Assembly: GCA_016783425.1 (NCBI GenBank)
Contig: JADHWP010000001.1
Coordinates: 7,272 to 71,271 of the forward strand
DNA: 64,000 nt
Source: Candidatus Shapirobacteria bacterium
Lineage (GTDB): Bacteria; Patescibacteriota; Microgenomatia; UBA12405; BS750m-G30
Direction of reading: 5' to 3'
Part shown: piece by piece, positions 11,762-20,859 of the stretch
Numbering within the stretch: the stretch's first letter is position 1
Layout of the letters: each line of letters opens with the position of its first letter
Notes under the pieces: generated by a model
What the model was told of the DNA's origin: nothing
Databases searched by the model: none
Seen by the model: only the letters and a program-made list of their open reading frames with translations
Position numbers and translations under genes: made by a program

Positions 11762-12031
11762 ATGGATAATCAAAGTATTCTAAACATTGGCAATAAAGAT
11801 CAAGGAGCATCAGAAACTCAAAAGATTAAATCTGGCGTTTCTTTGGGGAACATGCCCGATCTTTTAACGGTTAGGGAGGTAGCGGAACTGCTGCGCGTTT
11901 CTCCTTTAACAGTGAAGCGTTGGGGAAAAAGAGGGAAGTTGCCGGCAATCCGAATCAATGCCCGGGGCGACCGCCGGTACCGCAAAGAGCAGGTTTTATA
12001 TCTTTTGGGCATGTACCAAAAAGAGGAGTAG
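11762..12031 (+). CDS. Small HTH DNA-binding protein, excisionase/MerR-like family
   Basis: 89 aa; LLTVREVAELLRVSPLTVKRW...RGDRRYRKEQV helix-turn-helix signature. Confidence 0.65.
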   Translation: MDNQSILNIGNKDQGASETQKIKSGVSLGNMPDLLTVREVAELLRVSPLTVKRWGKRGKLPAIRINARGDRRYRKEQVLYLLGMYQKEE

Positions 12032-12040
12032 AATTAGTTA

Positions 12041-12988
12041 ATGGGCAAAATTCAGTTAATTTCCGGCAGTTCTCATCCTCAACTGGCCCGGAAAATTGCC
12101 CGCTACTTGAAAATTAGCTTAACTCCGACTCAAATTGACCACTTTGCGGACGGGGAGATTTACTTTCGGATTAAAAACAAAGTGCGGGGTGATGATATTT
12201 ATTTCATCCAAACCATGTCTTTTCCGATTAATGATCACCTAATGGAGCTTTTGATTGCCATTGACGCTTTAAAAAGGGCATCGGCGGGCCGGATCAATGT
12301 GGTTTGCCCGTATCTTTGTTATTCCCGCCAGGAGAGGAAAGACACCTCCCGGGAGCCGATTAGTTCCAAACTGGTGGCTAATCTGATTACTAAGGCGGGA
12401 GCGGATCGCCTGATTACGATTGATTTACACGCGGACGCGATTCAGGGGTTTTATGATATTCCGGTTGATCATTTTGTCGGTTACCCTAAGTTTGTGGAGT
12501 ATTTAGAAAAAAAGAAATATAAAGATTTAGTAATTGTTTCTCCGGATATTGGGGGAGTAAAGAGGGGCCGGCAAATAGCGGGTCTGCTAAAAGCGCCCTT
12601 GGTGGTAATTGATAAAAGGCGGACAGGTAAAAACCAGGCGGAGGTATTGACGATTATTGGCGAGGTTAAGGGAAAAACCGCGGTAGTGGTGGATGATATT
12701 GTGGATACCGCCGGAACGATTAATGGTGTTGCTAGAGTTTTAAAAGATCAGGGAGCCAAAGAGATAATTATTTGCGCTACCCACGCTTTGCTTTCCGGAA
12801 AAGCAGTGGAGAATTTGGAAAAGTGTCCGGCCAGCAAGATTTTATTTACCGATACTCTGCCTATTCCCAAAGAAAAAATGATCGTTAAATTTGAGATTAT
12901 TTCTTTGGCCAAGCTTTTATCCAAAGTAATTAGAAGAATTCACTATGGCCGCTCCCTGGGCGCTCTTTTCGCCTGGGAGAAAGAATAG
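12041..12988 (+). CDS. prs: Ribose-phosphate pyrophosphokinase (PRPP synthetase)
   Basis: 315 aa; Prs N-terminal domain and PRPP-binding loop (VDDIVDTAGT). Confidence 0.92.
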   Translation: MGKIQLISGSSHPQLARKIARYLKISLTPTQIDHFADGEIYFRIKNKVRGDDIYFIQTMSFPINDHLMELLIAIDALKRASAGRINVVCPYLCYSRQERKDTSREPISSKLVANLITKAGADRLITIDLHADAIQGFYDIPVDHFVGYPKFVEYLEKKKYKDLVIVSPDIGGVKRGRQIAGLLKAPLVVIDKRRTGKNQAEVLTIIGEVKGKTAVVVDDIVDTAGTINGVARVLKDQGAKEIIICATHALLSGKAVENLEKCPASKILFTDTLPIPKEKMIVKFEIISLAKLLSKVIRRIHYGRSLGALFAWEKE

Positions 12989-13007
12989 AATTACACACAA
13001 AAAAACA

Positions 13008-13040
13008 CCCCGAGGTGAGCCCTGGCTCCTCGGGGTGTGC
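13008..13040 (+). terminator. GC-rich hairpin CACCCCGAGG-loop-CCTCGGGGTG after prs (member of a 3-copy hairpin family)
   Basis: Perfect 10-bp stem; related copies at 25588 and 61813. Confidence 0.5.
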
Positions 13041-13081
13041 CTAATTAGTGATTAAGATTTGACCAGATGCTAGAATAAACC

Positions 13082-13636
13082 ATGCTAATTGTTGGTCTGG
13101 GCAATCCGGAAGATAAATACCAAAACACTCGGCACAATGCGGGAATGATGTTTATGGATTTTTTGGCAGATAAGTGGGAACTAAAATGGAAAAAGAGGAA
13201 AGACTTGCTTTGTTTTGTGGCTCAAAAAGATGGCCTGTTTTTGGCCAAACCCTTAACTTTTATGAACGAATCAGGAAAAGCAGTAGCTAAACTAGTAGAA
13301 AAGCTAAAGATTGAGTTTAAAGATTTATATCTTGCTCATGACGAGCTGGATTTAAAATTGGGAGAGTGGAAATTGACTTTTGGTAAAAGCTCCCCGCTTC
13401 ACAAGGGCGTTCTTTCGGTAGAGCAGTACTTAAAAACCAAAGAGTTCTGGCGATTAAGGATTGGGGTGGACAATCGCGATTCCCAAGGCCGCATTGAAGG
13501 CGAAAAGTATGTTTTACAAGATTTTCCTGCTTCTGAAAAAGCTATTTTACTGAAATTATTTAAAGAAATTAGCCAACCAGATTTTCCGGCTTGCCGGCTA
13601 AAAAGGCCTGAATATTTTGATAGGTGGTTTGAATAA
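13082..13636 (+). CDS. pth: Peptidyl-tRNA hydrolase
   Basis: 184 aa; LIVGLGNPEDKY...TRHNAG motif. Confidence 0.9.
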   Translation: MLIVGLGNPEDKYQNTRHNAGMMFMDFLADKWELKWKKRKDLLCFVAQKDGLFLAKPLTFMNESGKAVAKLVEKLKIEFKDLYLAHDELDLKLGEWKLTFGKSSPLHKGVLSVEQYLKTKEFWRLRIGVDNRDSQGRIEGEKYVLQDFPASEKAILLKLFKEISQPDFPACRLKRPEYFDRWFE

Positions 13637-14564
13637 TTCGCCCTACTGCCTCTTTGGAATTAAAAGCGTTATGGGGAGTGATAATCACATTCGGTTTTTC
13701 CCGAAGCAGGTGAACAGCCACTAATTCTTTTAAATCGTCATTGGAAATATAGGAGGAAAAAAGAGCTTGGGGATCATCCAGGTTTTCTTCTTCTTCTAAA
13801 ACATCCAAGCCGGCCCCGGCTAAAATTCCCTGTTCTAAAGCCCACAAGATGCTTTCCGTTTCAATCACCGGCCCTCGGGCGGTATTAATTAAAAGCGAAC
13901 CTTTTTTCATGGCTTTAATATTGCCCCGATTAATTAAATGGTGGGTGGCTTGGCAGTAAGGAACGTGAAGAGTAACAATATCGGCTTGCTCTAAACAAAC
14001 TTCTAACGGCACTCTTTTGTAGCCTAATTTTTTTTCCAGTTTTTCGTGCCCTTGGCGAGTAACCCCCAAAACTTTCATCCCAAAGGCTTTAGCGTATTTT
14101 ACGACCCACTGGCCAATAGAACCGACCCCGATTATGCCGATAGTTTTGCCGTTTAAATCAAAGCCGGTTAAGCCAGCGGGAGAAAAACCGCCTTGTTTTA
14201 CCCGGTTAGCCCCTTCTACAATCCGGCGGGATAAAGCCAGGATTAAAGCAAAAGTGTGCTCGGCCACCGTGTTTTCCCCGTAAGAAGGAACATTGCAAAC
14301 GGTAATTTTCGAACTTTTACAATATCTTAAATCAATATGATCAAAGCCGGTGGAGCGGGTGGCAATAAGTTTTAAATTAGGCAGTTTTTTAAGAATCTTT
14401 TCCGATAAGTCTGAATAGATAAAAGTGGAAATAATTTCATATTCGGCCACGGTTTTTATATCTTCCTCAACTTCAAAAGGGTAAATATCAGCTTTTAGTT
14501 TTTTGGCGTAATCAGGCAAAATCTCCTTTTCCCATTCCTTTAATTCAAAAAAACCAATTTTCAT
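13569..14564 (-). CDS. D-isomer-specific 2-hydroxyacid dehydrogenase (NAD-binding)
   Basis: 331 aa; GIIGVGSIGQ Rossmann motif and catalytic-domain layout. Confidence 0.85.
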   Translation of the reverse strand: MKIGFFELKEWEKEILPDYAKKLKADIYPFEVEEDIKTVAEYEIISTFIYSDLSEKILKKLPNLKLIATRSTGFDHIDLRYCKSSKITVCNVPSYGENTVAEHTFALILALSRRIVEGANRVKQGGFSPAGLTGFDLNGKTIGIIGVGSIGQWVVKYAKAFGMKVLGVTRQGHEKLEKKLGYKRVPLEVCLEQADIVTLHVPYCQATHHLINRGNIKAMKKGSLLINTARGPVIETESILWALEQGILAGAGLDVLEEEENLDDPQALFSSYISNDDLKELVAVHLLREKPNVIITPHNAFNSKEAVGRIIQTTYQNIQAFLAGKPENLVG

Positions 14565-14595
14565 TATGCTTTCATCATAGAGAATTTTACAAACT

Positions 14596-14616
14596 AATGC
14601 AAATTGTCAACCTTAA
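14596..14616. repeat. REP element (21-bp perfect palindrome TGTCAACCTTAAAGGTTGACA) flanking the RAYT gene; a partial copy (agtcaacct) follows
   Basis: Exact palindrome; partner copy at 15369 on the other side of the transposase gene. Confidence 0.9.
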
Positions 14617-14652
14617 AGGTTGACAAGCTAGTCAACCTCGGGAGAATGCTAA

Positions 14653-15333
14653 TTATTCCAGGGTTAAATGCTTGATTTGCTCAAGTTCTTTTTGATAATC
14701 TGCTCGGTCAAGTAAAAACTTCTTGTAGTTTTTTAGACCTTGAAAATAAGAAGTAATTGTTTTGGTTTGACAAAATTGATATTGGCTTTTTTCTTTTTCT
14801 AAATAAACAGCCAAAGAAGACCAGGGGTACGAAATTAATTGATCAAAACCTTTAACCATTGCTGCTGAATATGGATTAAGATGAATATATCGCGAAAGAT
14901 GGAGAAGCTGTTGCTCGTTTTCAACTAGCACTGATTTGAAAGTGCTTTGAAATATGGGCCCGACGCGTTCGTGTTTTTTATTAAAATATTTGGTATAGCT
15001 ATTTTGAAGTTGGCTTACAAACCAGGAAACGCCATCATCTTGAGTTTGTTTGACCAAAAGATGAAAGTGATTTGGCATTAGACAGAAGCAGACTATTCCA
15101 ATTAATGTATGATTTTTCTTGTCTAAGGATTGGAGTAGTTTGCCTCTATCCTCTTGACTTAATCGTTTTAATTTGGAGAAACTAAAAGGGAAGTTAGCGA
15201 AGCGATAATATTCCAAAAGCTTGATGAAACGCTGGTAGCCTCTTTTATCCGAGAAAATTGGCCTAAAGTCGATACCGCGATTGTAGATGTGGTAATAGTG
15301 ATCGGTTATTAAAGGGATTTTTCTTCCGGGCAT
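14653..15333 (-). mobile_element. REP-associated tyrosine transposase (RAYT; IS200/IS605-like Y1 HUH transposase)
   Basis: 226 aa; HUH motif (MPNHFHLLV) and catalytic Tyr region (SRYIHLNP); flanked on both sides by REP palindromes, the classic RAYT-REP arrangement. Confidence 0.85.
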
Positions 15334-15368
15334 TTTCTTGTTTATATTTTACCCGAGGTTGCAATAGC

Positions 15369-15389
15369 TGTCAACCTTTAAGGTTGACA
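15369..15389. repeat. REP element (TGTCAACCTTTAAGGTTGACA) flanking the RAYT gene
   Basis: Exact 21-bp palindrome. Confidence 0.9.
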
Positions 15390-15405
15390 GCGGGGCAATG
15401 GCGTG

Positions 15406-15850
15406 TCACCAACTGCCCCCGCCTCCGCCGCCAAACCCTCCGCCGGAAGAACCGCCTCCGCCGCCAAACCCCGATCCGCCCGACCAGGAAGATTTACCCG
15501 ACCATTGGTTTTGAGGGGAAGAAACCATATTAGAGGCGGCTTGGGCGGAAAAATGGTTTAAGTCGTAAGCTAATCTGCTAGTGGTGACTCCGGCAAAGAT
15601 TTTTTCGTCAGCTAAATGCTGATAGAGCTTCTTTTTAAACTCCTCCAAATGAAGATAAAAGTGATTTTTTAAATCAGAAAGGCGTATTTTTTTGATTTCT
15701 AAATAGCCCAAACGTGCTAATTCCACAATTTCCGCCACTACATCTTGAATATCCACTTTTTCGTCGATAATTGTGCCTACTTCGGCGGGAGTTAAATTAT
15801 CAATGGGGCTGTAAACCGAGGGCAGGTGCTCACGGGCAAAAAGTTAATAA
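15406..15850 (-). pseudogene. Possible C-terminal remnant of a DUF2207/YgcG-like membrane protein (Gly-rich tail); frame stays open upstream to 15850 without an ATG
   Basis: LTPAEVGTIIDEKVDIQDVVAEIVELARLGYLEI... then GGGFGGGGG tail, as seen at C-termini of DUF2207 proteins; N-terminal two-thirds missing; directly adjacent to REP/RAYT. Confidence 0.3.
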
Positions 15851-16043
15851 TTTGCTTAATTGGTCCTGGGAATTTTAACTGACTATTTTTATTCAAGCCC
15901 ACAACAATAGTTAAATCCTTGCCCCAGGAAAGGGGAATGGAGGCTGAAAAACTAGCTTCATTATCCTTAATCGGCCTTAATCGTTTTACCGCTATATGAA
16001 TAAACAACCGGAATAATACGAAATATCCCGTGCTTTTTTTCGG

Positions 16044-16072
16044 TTGACAAACAATAGACAATCTTGTATATT
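16044..16072 (+). promoter_or_regulatory. Sigma70-like promoter TTGACA-17-TATATT for the abiEi-abiEii operon (possibly a leaderless transcript)
   Basis: Consensus -35, 17-bp spacer, near-consensus -10, ending about 8 nt before ATG 16081. Confidence 0.5.
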
Positions 16073-16074
16073 TA

Positions 16075-16653
16075 TTGTTAATGAAATACCTTGAACTGCG
16101 AAAAGAGATTAGCCAAAATCTTTTTACTATTCTTGATGTTGAAAAAAAGTTTTATTCTGAGAAAAAAGATTCCTTGAGAGTCCAACTTTCTCGCTTTATT
16201 CAAAAAGGCCGGTTAATACAACTTAAGCGGGGACTTTATTGCTTTAACCCTGCCAAACTTGACGAGTTTGTTTTGGCCAACCAGCTTTACCAGCCCTCCT
16301 ATATCAGCCTGGAAACGGCCCTGAACTATTACGGGATAATTCCCGATATTTCCCAGAGACTGACCAGCGTCAGCCCGACGACTACTAAAAAAATCAGCAA
16401 TCAATTTGGGATTTTTCATTATGCCAAAATCAAATCAGTTCTTTTTTGGGGTTATACTAAAAAGAGGCTGGATGATAAAGAAAGTTTTTTTCTTATCGCT
16501 CAAAAGGAAAAATCCCTGCTTGACTTTTTTTATTTGCGGAAAATTAAAAAAGTGAAAGATTTGCGCCTGAATTTGGCGGATTTTGATTTTGATCGCTATC
16601 AGCGGTATGTTAAAAATTTTCCCGCCTGGGTTCAAGTGATTAAATTGGCATGA
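16075..16653 (+). CDS. Type IV TA system antitoxin, AbiEi family (transcriptional regulator)
   Basis: 192 aa (alternative ATG at 16081); AbiEi_4-like N-terminal wHTH; immediately precedes and overlaps an AbiEii gene. Confidence 0.7.
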   Translation: MLMKYLELRKEISQNLFTILDVEKKFYSEKKDSLRVQLSRFIQKGRLIQLKRGLYCFNPAKLDEFVLANQLYQPSYISLETALNYYGIIPDISQRLTSVSPTTTKKISNQFGIFHYAKIKSVLFWGYTKKRLDDKESFFLIAQKEKSLLDFFYLRKIKKVKDLRLNLADFDFDRYQRYVKNFPAWVQVIKLA

Positions 16654-17444
16654 ATAACCTAATAACTGATTTTGACCAGATTATTAAATTTGCCCAAGAC
16701 TATCAACTGCCCTTAAACAAAAAGCGGGCGATTTTAAGAGAGTATTTACAGGTTAAAATTTTAGACATTCTCTATCGCCAAAAAAGCTCATCCCAATTGA
16801 TTTTTGTGGGTGGCACTTGTTTGCGGTTAACCAGAAACTTAGATCGCTTCTCAGAAGATCTTGATTTTGATTTAGGTGAAATCAGCTTTAAACAGGCAGA
16901 TTATTTAATAGAACGGACTTTTGACCAGCTTAAAAAAGAAAACATTGTTCTTGATTTTTATCGCAACCAGACCAAAAAGAGAATTTATTGGGAGTTTCGT
17001 TTTAAAAATCTGCTTTTTGAATTAAAAATTGGCCGTGATCTAAGGGAAAAACTAATGATTAAGTTTGATTTTGAGAAAATTTGGCGAAAACACCAAAAAC
17101 AAACAATCTTGCTTAACCGCTATGGCTTTTTGGTGAACATAGTAACCACTCCTTTAAATCAGTTACTGGTGCAAAAATTGACGGCCTATTTAGGGCGATC
17201 CCAAACTCAACCTCGGGATATTTATGATATTGTCTGGCTCATTTCCCAAGGAGCCAAAGTTGACAAGCAGTTTGTTAAAGATAACAAACTGTCTTTGAAT
17301 TTAGTTTCCAGGGCGGTTAAAAAGTTTAACCGTGAAGAAAAAAAGCTAAAGCAATTTAAGCGCCGCCTTCAACCATTCTTGGTAAACGAAAAATACCTTG
17401 ATAAATTAAACCTCTTTCCTCAACTGCTCGAGCAGTTAGGTTAA
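16650..17444 (+). CDS. Type IV TA system toxin, AbiEii/AbiGii nucleotidyltransferase family (DUF1814)
   Basis: 264 aa; FVGGTCLRL...RFSEDLDFD nucleotidyltransferase motif. Confidence 0.75.
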   Translation: MNNLITDFDQIIKFAQDYQLPLNKKRAILREYLQVKILDILYRQKSSSQLIFVGGTCLRLTRNLDRFSEDLDFDLGEISFKQADYLIERTFDQLKKENIVLDFYRNQTKKRIYWEFRFKNLLFELKIGRDLREKLMIKFDFEKIWRKHQKQTILLNRYGFLVNIVTTPLNQLLVQKLTAYLGRSQTQPRDIYDIVWLISQGAKVDKQFVKDNKLSLNLVSRAVKKFNREEKKLKQFKRRLQPFLVNEKYLDKLNLFPQLLEQLG

Positions 17445-17604
17445 GTTTTCTTGTTTCCCAAAACGACGACCAGCAAATGCGCTGGATTTGTTGGTTTAAG
17501 TAAACTTAACGGTTGGTTTTTTGAGTTATAGGCGGCAGGTTTAGGGCCAAATTGGTACAAACACACTGTCCAGTAGTACAAAATTTTAATTGTTATTTTG
17601 CCTA

Positions 17605-17634
17605 TTGAAGTAGACTTGGGTTAATCGTTATAAT
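17605..17634 (+). promoter_or_regulatory. Promoter TTGAAG-17-TTATAAT upstream of the 17690 ORF
   Basis: Near-consensus hexamers with 17-bp spacing. Confidence 0.4.
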
Positions 17635-17689
17635 CACCCCATAAACTAACGATTACTTTTTTATTATTGAAAGGGGATGATTTAAAAAA

Positions 17690-17929
17690 ATGGAAGATCA
17701 AGGCAAAGAACCAGTTCAAGAAGTTGCTCCTCAAACTGAGCAAGAACCCAGTAGTCCTAAGATAAGCATTGATGGTTTAACTGAGGTTCCAGGAAGTCCT
17801 GAAATTAGAACAGGAAAGCTAAGGATAGAAGGACTTAAGGTTTATATAACTTTAGGCGGCAGTGTTACTGGCGATCTAGGTCAAGCTAGAAGGTTAGATA
17901 GATTAGAAAAAGGGGTAGTGGGGAGGTAG
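17690..17929 (+). CDS. Small hypothetical protein (79 aa)
   Basis: ORF with upstream promoter and a GAAAGGGG RBS-like sequence. Confidence 0.4.
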   Translation: MEDQGKEPVQEVAPQTEQEPSSPKISIDGLTEVPGSPEIRTGKLRIEGLKVYITLGGSVTGDLGQARRLDRLEKGVVGR

Positions 17930-18034
17930 TTAATGGGCTGGGAAATATCATTAGCTCCTGAAAATCCTAGCCCAGATGATTTGGCTAAACTACCGCCAAA
18001 CAAGCCTAGTATTAACTAGACTTGTTTTTTGGTG

Positions 18035-18517
18035 TTATTTTAACTCTACTTTCGCGCCGGCATCCGTAAGTTTCTTTTGCGCTTCCTGGGCGTCTTCTTT
18101 TTTAGCGTCTACTAAAACTTCAGCGGGTAGTTTTTCAGTCATGTCTTTGGCTTCCTTTAAACCTAGTTCAGGTTTAATTAGCCTTAAGGCTTTAATGACA
18201 TTTATTTTGTTTGCCCCGGCTTCAGTTAGGACGACGGTAAATTGAGTTTTTTCTTCAACCGGAGCAGCTGCATCAGCGCCATTGCCTCCGTTTGCGCTAG
18301 CAGCAGGAGCAGCGGCGATAGCTTGAACTCCAAATTTTTCTTCCAAGCCTTTGACCAGCTCGGATAGTTCTAAAACGGAAAGGCCAGCGACCTGATTCAG
18401 GATTTTGGTTAGTTTCGGATCTAAATTAACTTTAACTTTTTCTTCTTTTTTTTCTTTGCTTTTAGCTTTTAGCTTTTCTCCGCCAGCTGGCGGATTAGCT
18501 TGTTTGTCATTACTCAT
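18035..18517 (-). CDS. rplL: 50S ribosomal protein L7/L12 with N-terminal extension containing an in-frame palindromic insertion
   Basis: 160 aa; conserved [19 protein letters not shown] and C-terminal domain; N-terminal about 30 aa extra, including [10 protein letters not shown] encoded by a 23-bp segment identical to one in nrdH. Confidence 0.85.
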   Translation of the reverse strand: MSNDKQANPPAGGEKLKAKSKEKKEEKVKVNLDPKLTKILNQVAGLSVLELSELVKGLEEKFGVQAIAAAPAASANGGNGADAAAPVEEKTQFTVVLTEAGANKINVIKALRLIKPELGLKEAKDMTEKLPAEVLVDAKKEDAQEAQKKLTDAGAKVELK

Positions 18518-19038
18518 TAGTTTTCACCCCCTTTGCTTTCAGTTATTACTTTTAAGGTTAAGATAAATTTTTGCTGATGGTAATTTAAAGCGTAGGCTAA
18601 TCTAAACAGGGGATTGCTTAAGCCCCCAATAAACTGTGCCAGTAGAGTTTCTTTATTGGGCAAAGCGACTAATCTTTCCAACTCGGTTAAAGAAAGTAAT
18701 TTTCCCTGGAAAAGGCCTAGTTTAAATTCCGGTTTTTCAAACCTTTTTTTTGTTTCTGCCACTTTTTTTAAAGGGGCAATTTCGTCTTCATAGGCGACCA
18801 CCAGAGCAGTGGGGCCGGTTAGAGTTTCCGGAAGATCAATGCCTAAAGTTTTTAGGGCAAGCATAAGTAAGGTATTTTTCGCCACGAACATTAAGCCGCC
18901 TTGTTTTTTTATTTGAAAGCGAAGCTCCCGAACCTGCTCCGCAGTTAAGCCTTGGTAGTCAATTAGAGCCGCGCTTTTACCGCCTTCTATTAAGGCTTTT
19001 AAGTTTTCTACTTCGTAAATTTTGCTTTGTTTAACCAT
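18517..19038 (-). CDS. rplJ: 50S ribosomal protein L10
   Basis: Start taken at [10 protein letters not shown] (ATG at 19038); the longer table ORF runs through the REP element and is rejected. Confidence 0.85.
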   Translation of the reverse strand: MVKQSKIYEVENLKALIEGGKSAALIDYQGLTAEQVRELRFQIKKQGGLMFVAKNTLLMLALKTLGIDLPETLTGPTALVVAYEDEIAPLKKVAETKKRFEKPEFKLGLFQGKLLSLTELERLVALPNKETLLAQFIGGLSNPLFRLAYALNYHQQKFILTLKVITESKGGEN

Positions 19039-19103
19039 TACTGCCAAGCTCCAAATTACAAATAACAAGTATTCCAAATCACCGCTTCTGGCGGGATCCT
19101 GCT

Positions 19104-19148
19104 TGTCAACCTTAAAGGTTGATGACCCGATAACCTTTAAGGTTGACA
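19104..19148. repeat. Composite REP element (half-copies around a 10-bp insert tgacccgata) in the rplJ leader region
   Basis: Exact reverse complement of the composite copy at 38406. Confidence 0.85.
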
Positions 19149-19152
19149 GCAC

Positions 19153-19180
19153 AAAAAAGCCTCGTTTCCGAGGCTTTTTT
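19153..19180. terminator. Bidirectional-looking hairpin aaaaaagcctcg-tttc-cgaggctttttt
   Basis: 6-bp GC-rich stem flanked by A- and T-tracts. Confidence 0.5.
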
Positions 19181-19389
19181 AACTTTAAGCTTTAAGTTTT
19201 AAGCTAATAAGGTGCCTCGGTAAGATTTTTATTCCCGACGTCACATCGGGGCCTTACGGTCTCGGGCTGTAAGTATAATATCATAGTTTACAATCTTGTC
19301 AAATAAAAAAGCGCCAGGCCTCTCTCTTTTCTTGTTTTTCCAATAGTATTTTATTGACTTTGCCTTGTTTTCCTGCTAGTTTTTAGGTA

Positions 19390-19695
19390 ATGAAAGAGAT
19401 TAAACTTTCTTTGGAAACCCAAGTTAAAGATTTAAACGAAAAACTGCGGGTTTTGATTAAACAAAGAAGCCCGGGTTATATTTTTTTAACCGGTATTTTT
19501 CACTCCCTGGGTTCGGTTTTTGGAACCGTGGTGGTTTTGGGAGCATTGGGCCTTTTGCTTTCCCGAATGCTGACAACTTTTAATTTTACTAAAGTAGCTG
19601 TGGATTGGGTGGGCCAGGTGATGGAACAATCAGTAGGAAAAGTAATGCCCGCTCAGCCCAATATTCCGGAGGTTAATTTAGATGAGCAGGAGTAA
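19390..19695 (+). CDS. Small membrane protein (101 aa)
   Basis: Central hydrophobic helix. Confidence 0.5.
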   Translation: MKEIKLSLETQVKDLNEKLRVLIKQRSPGYIFLTGIFHSLGSVFGTVVVLGALGLLLSRMLTTFNFTKVAVDWVGQVMEQSVGKVMPAQPNIPEVNLDEQE

Positions 19696-20089
19696 ATTTT
19701 CAGTTTCTCCGTATTCGAAAAGAATAGAAAAACCCTGGGGTTATGAGCTTATTTTAGCGCCAGCAAGCCTTCCCTTTACCGGGAAAATTTTGCATATTAA
19801 GCAGGGAGCGCGTTTAAGTTTGCAATATCATGAGCAAAAACAAGAAACTTTATGTCTTTTAAAAGGCAAGGCCAAGTTATATCTTGAAGATTCAAGTGGT
19901 GTTCTGCAAGAATTTTCCATGGAGCCTTTAAAAGGGTATTTGGTGGTTCCTTTTCAAAAACATCGGATGGAAGGAATTACTGATTGTGATCTTTTAGAAG
20001 CTTCAACTGCGGAAAAAGGAAATACCGTTCGGTTAGAAGATGATTATGATCGCAGTACCGAAACTGAAGAAGATCGCAAATTAAGATGA
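19682..20089 (+). CDS. Cupin-domain protein (phosphomannose isomerase-like cupin_2)
   Basis: 135 aa; WGYE...LHIKQGARLSLQYHEQK...LCLLKGKAKL cupin signature. Confidence 0.7.
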   Translation: MSRSKFSVSPYSKRIEKPWGYELILAPASLPFTGKILHIKQGARLSLQYHEQKQETLCLLKGKAKLYLEDSSGVLQEFSMEPLKGYLVVPFQKHRMEGITDCDLLEASTAEKGNTVRLEDDYDRSTETEEDRKLR

Positions 20090-20859
20090 AACCTTTAAGT
20101 GAATTGACCAGGGAGGATCTTGCACCTTTAAAATTGCTTTGTTTTGATTGTGACGGGGTAGTGGTGACTGAAGGAACCAAAATTAGCGAAAGCGAGGGGC
20201 GGTTGGTGGTGGAAACCAAAGTAATTGAAAGTCGTTTGGTGCAAAAGCTAAACCAGCTTAAAAGTAAATACTTGCTTGCTTTTTCTTCCGGTCGTAGCCT
20301 GCTTTATTTAACCCGGATGTTTGAGCCGCTTCTGTATGATAAAGTCATTTTTCAGGCCGAAAACGGCCTGTTTTTCTTAAAAGAAGGGGAGTTGGCGCAG
20401 CTGGAGAAATTAACCCTTGAACAGCTGGAACTTTTAAAAAAAATCAAACATCGGATTAGAGCGCTTGGGAAAAGTAATTCTGATATTTTAGGCTTTGAAC
20501 CCAAGCAGTTTTTAGTGACGGTTCATTGTAAAAAAGAATTGGAGATTATCCCTCAAATTGTAAAAGAAGAGGCCGGGGGCCAGGATTTGTATTGCCTTTG
20601 GAGCGGGGAGGCTTATGATATTAATTTTGCCCACCTAAATAAGGGCAGGGGATTGGAAAAACTTTGTCAAAAATTGGGAATTGGGCAAAATGAAGTAATG
20701 GCGATTGGCAATGATCCTAATGATCGGGAAATGATTGAGTGGGCGGGAATTGGAGTTACTTCTAATAAAGAAACGATGGGGGCGGCTGATTATTACACTT
20801 TAAACAAACAGGAGTTGGGGGGCGAGGAGTTGGTTGATAAACTTTTGGAGTTAATTTAA
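20086..20859 (+). CDS. HAD-superfamily phosphatase (Cof/sucrose-phosphatase-like, HAD-IIB)
   Basis: 257 aa; LLCFDCDGVVV motif I and GNDPNDREMIEWAG motif IV. Confidence 0.75.
   Translation: MKPLSELTREDLAPLKLLCFDCDGVVVTEGTKISESEGRLVVETKVIESRLVQKLNQLKSKYLLAFSSGRSLLYLTRMFEPLLYDKVIFQAENGLFFLKEGELAQLEKLTLEQLELLKKIKHRIRALGKSNSDILGFEPKQFLVTVHCKKELEIIPQIVKEEAGGQDLYCLWSGEAYDINFAHLNKGRGLEKLCQKLGIGQNEVMAIGNDPNDREMIEWAGIGVTSNKETMGAADYYTLNKQELGGEELVDKLLELI

Noticed and set aside
19039-19152. N-terminal 38 codons of the table ORF for rplJ (18517-19152)
   Set aside because: The extension translates the REP palindrome and leader. The conserved L10 start [10 protein letters not shown] with ATG at 19038 is used instead.
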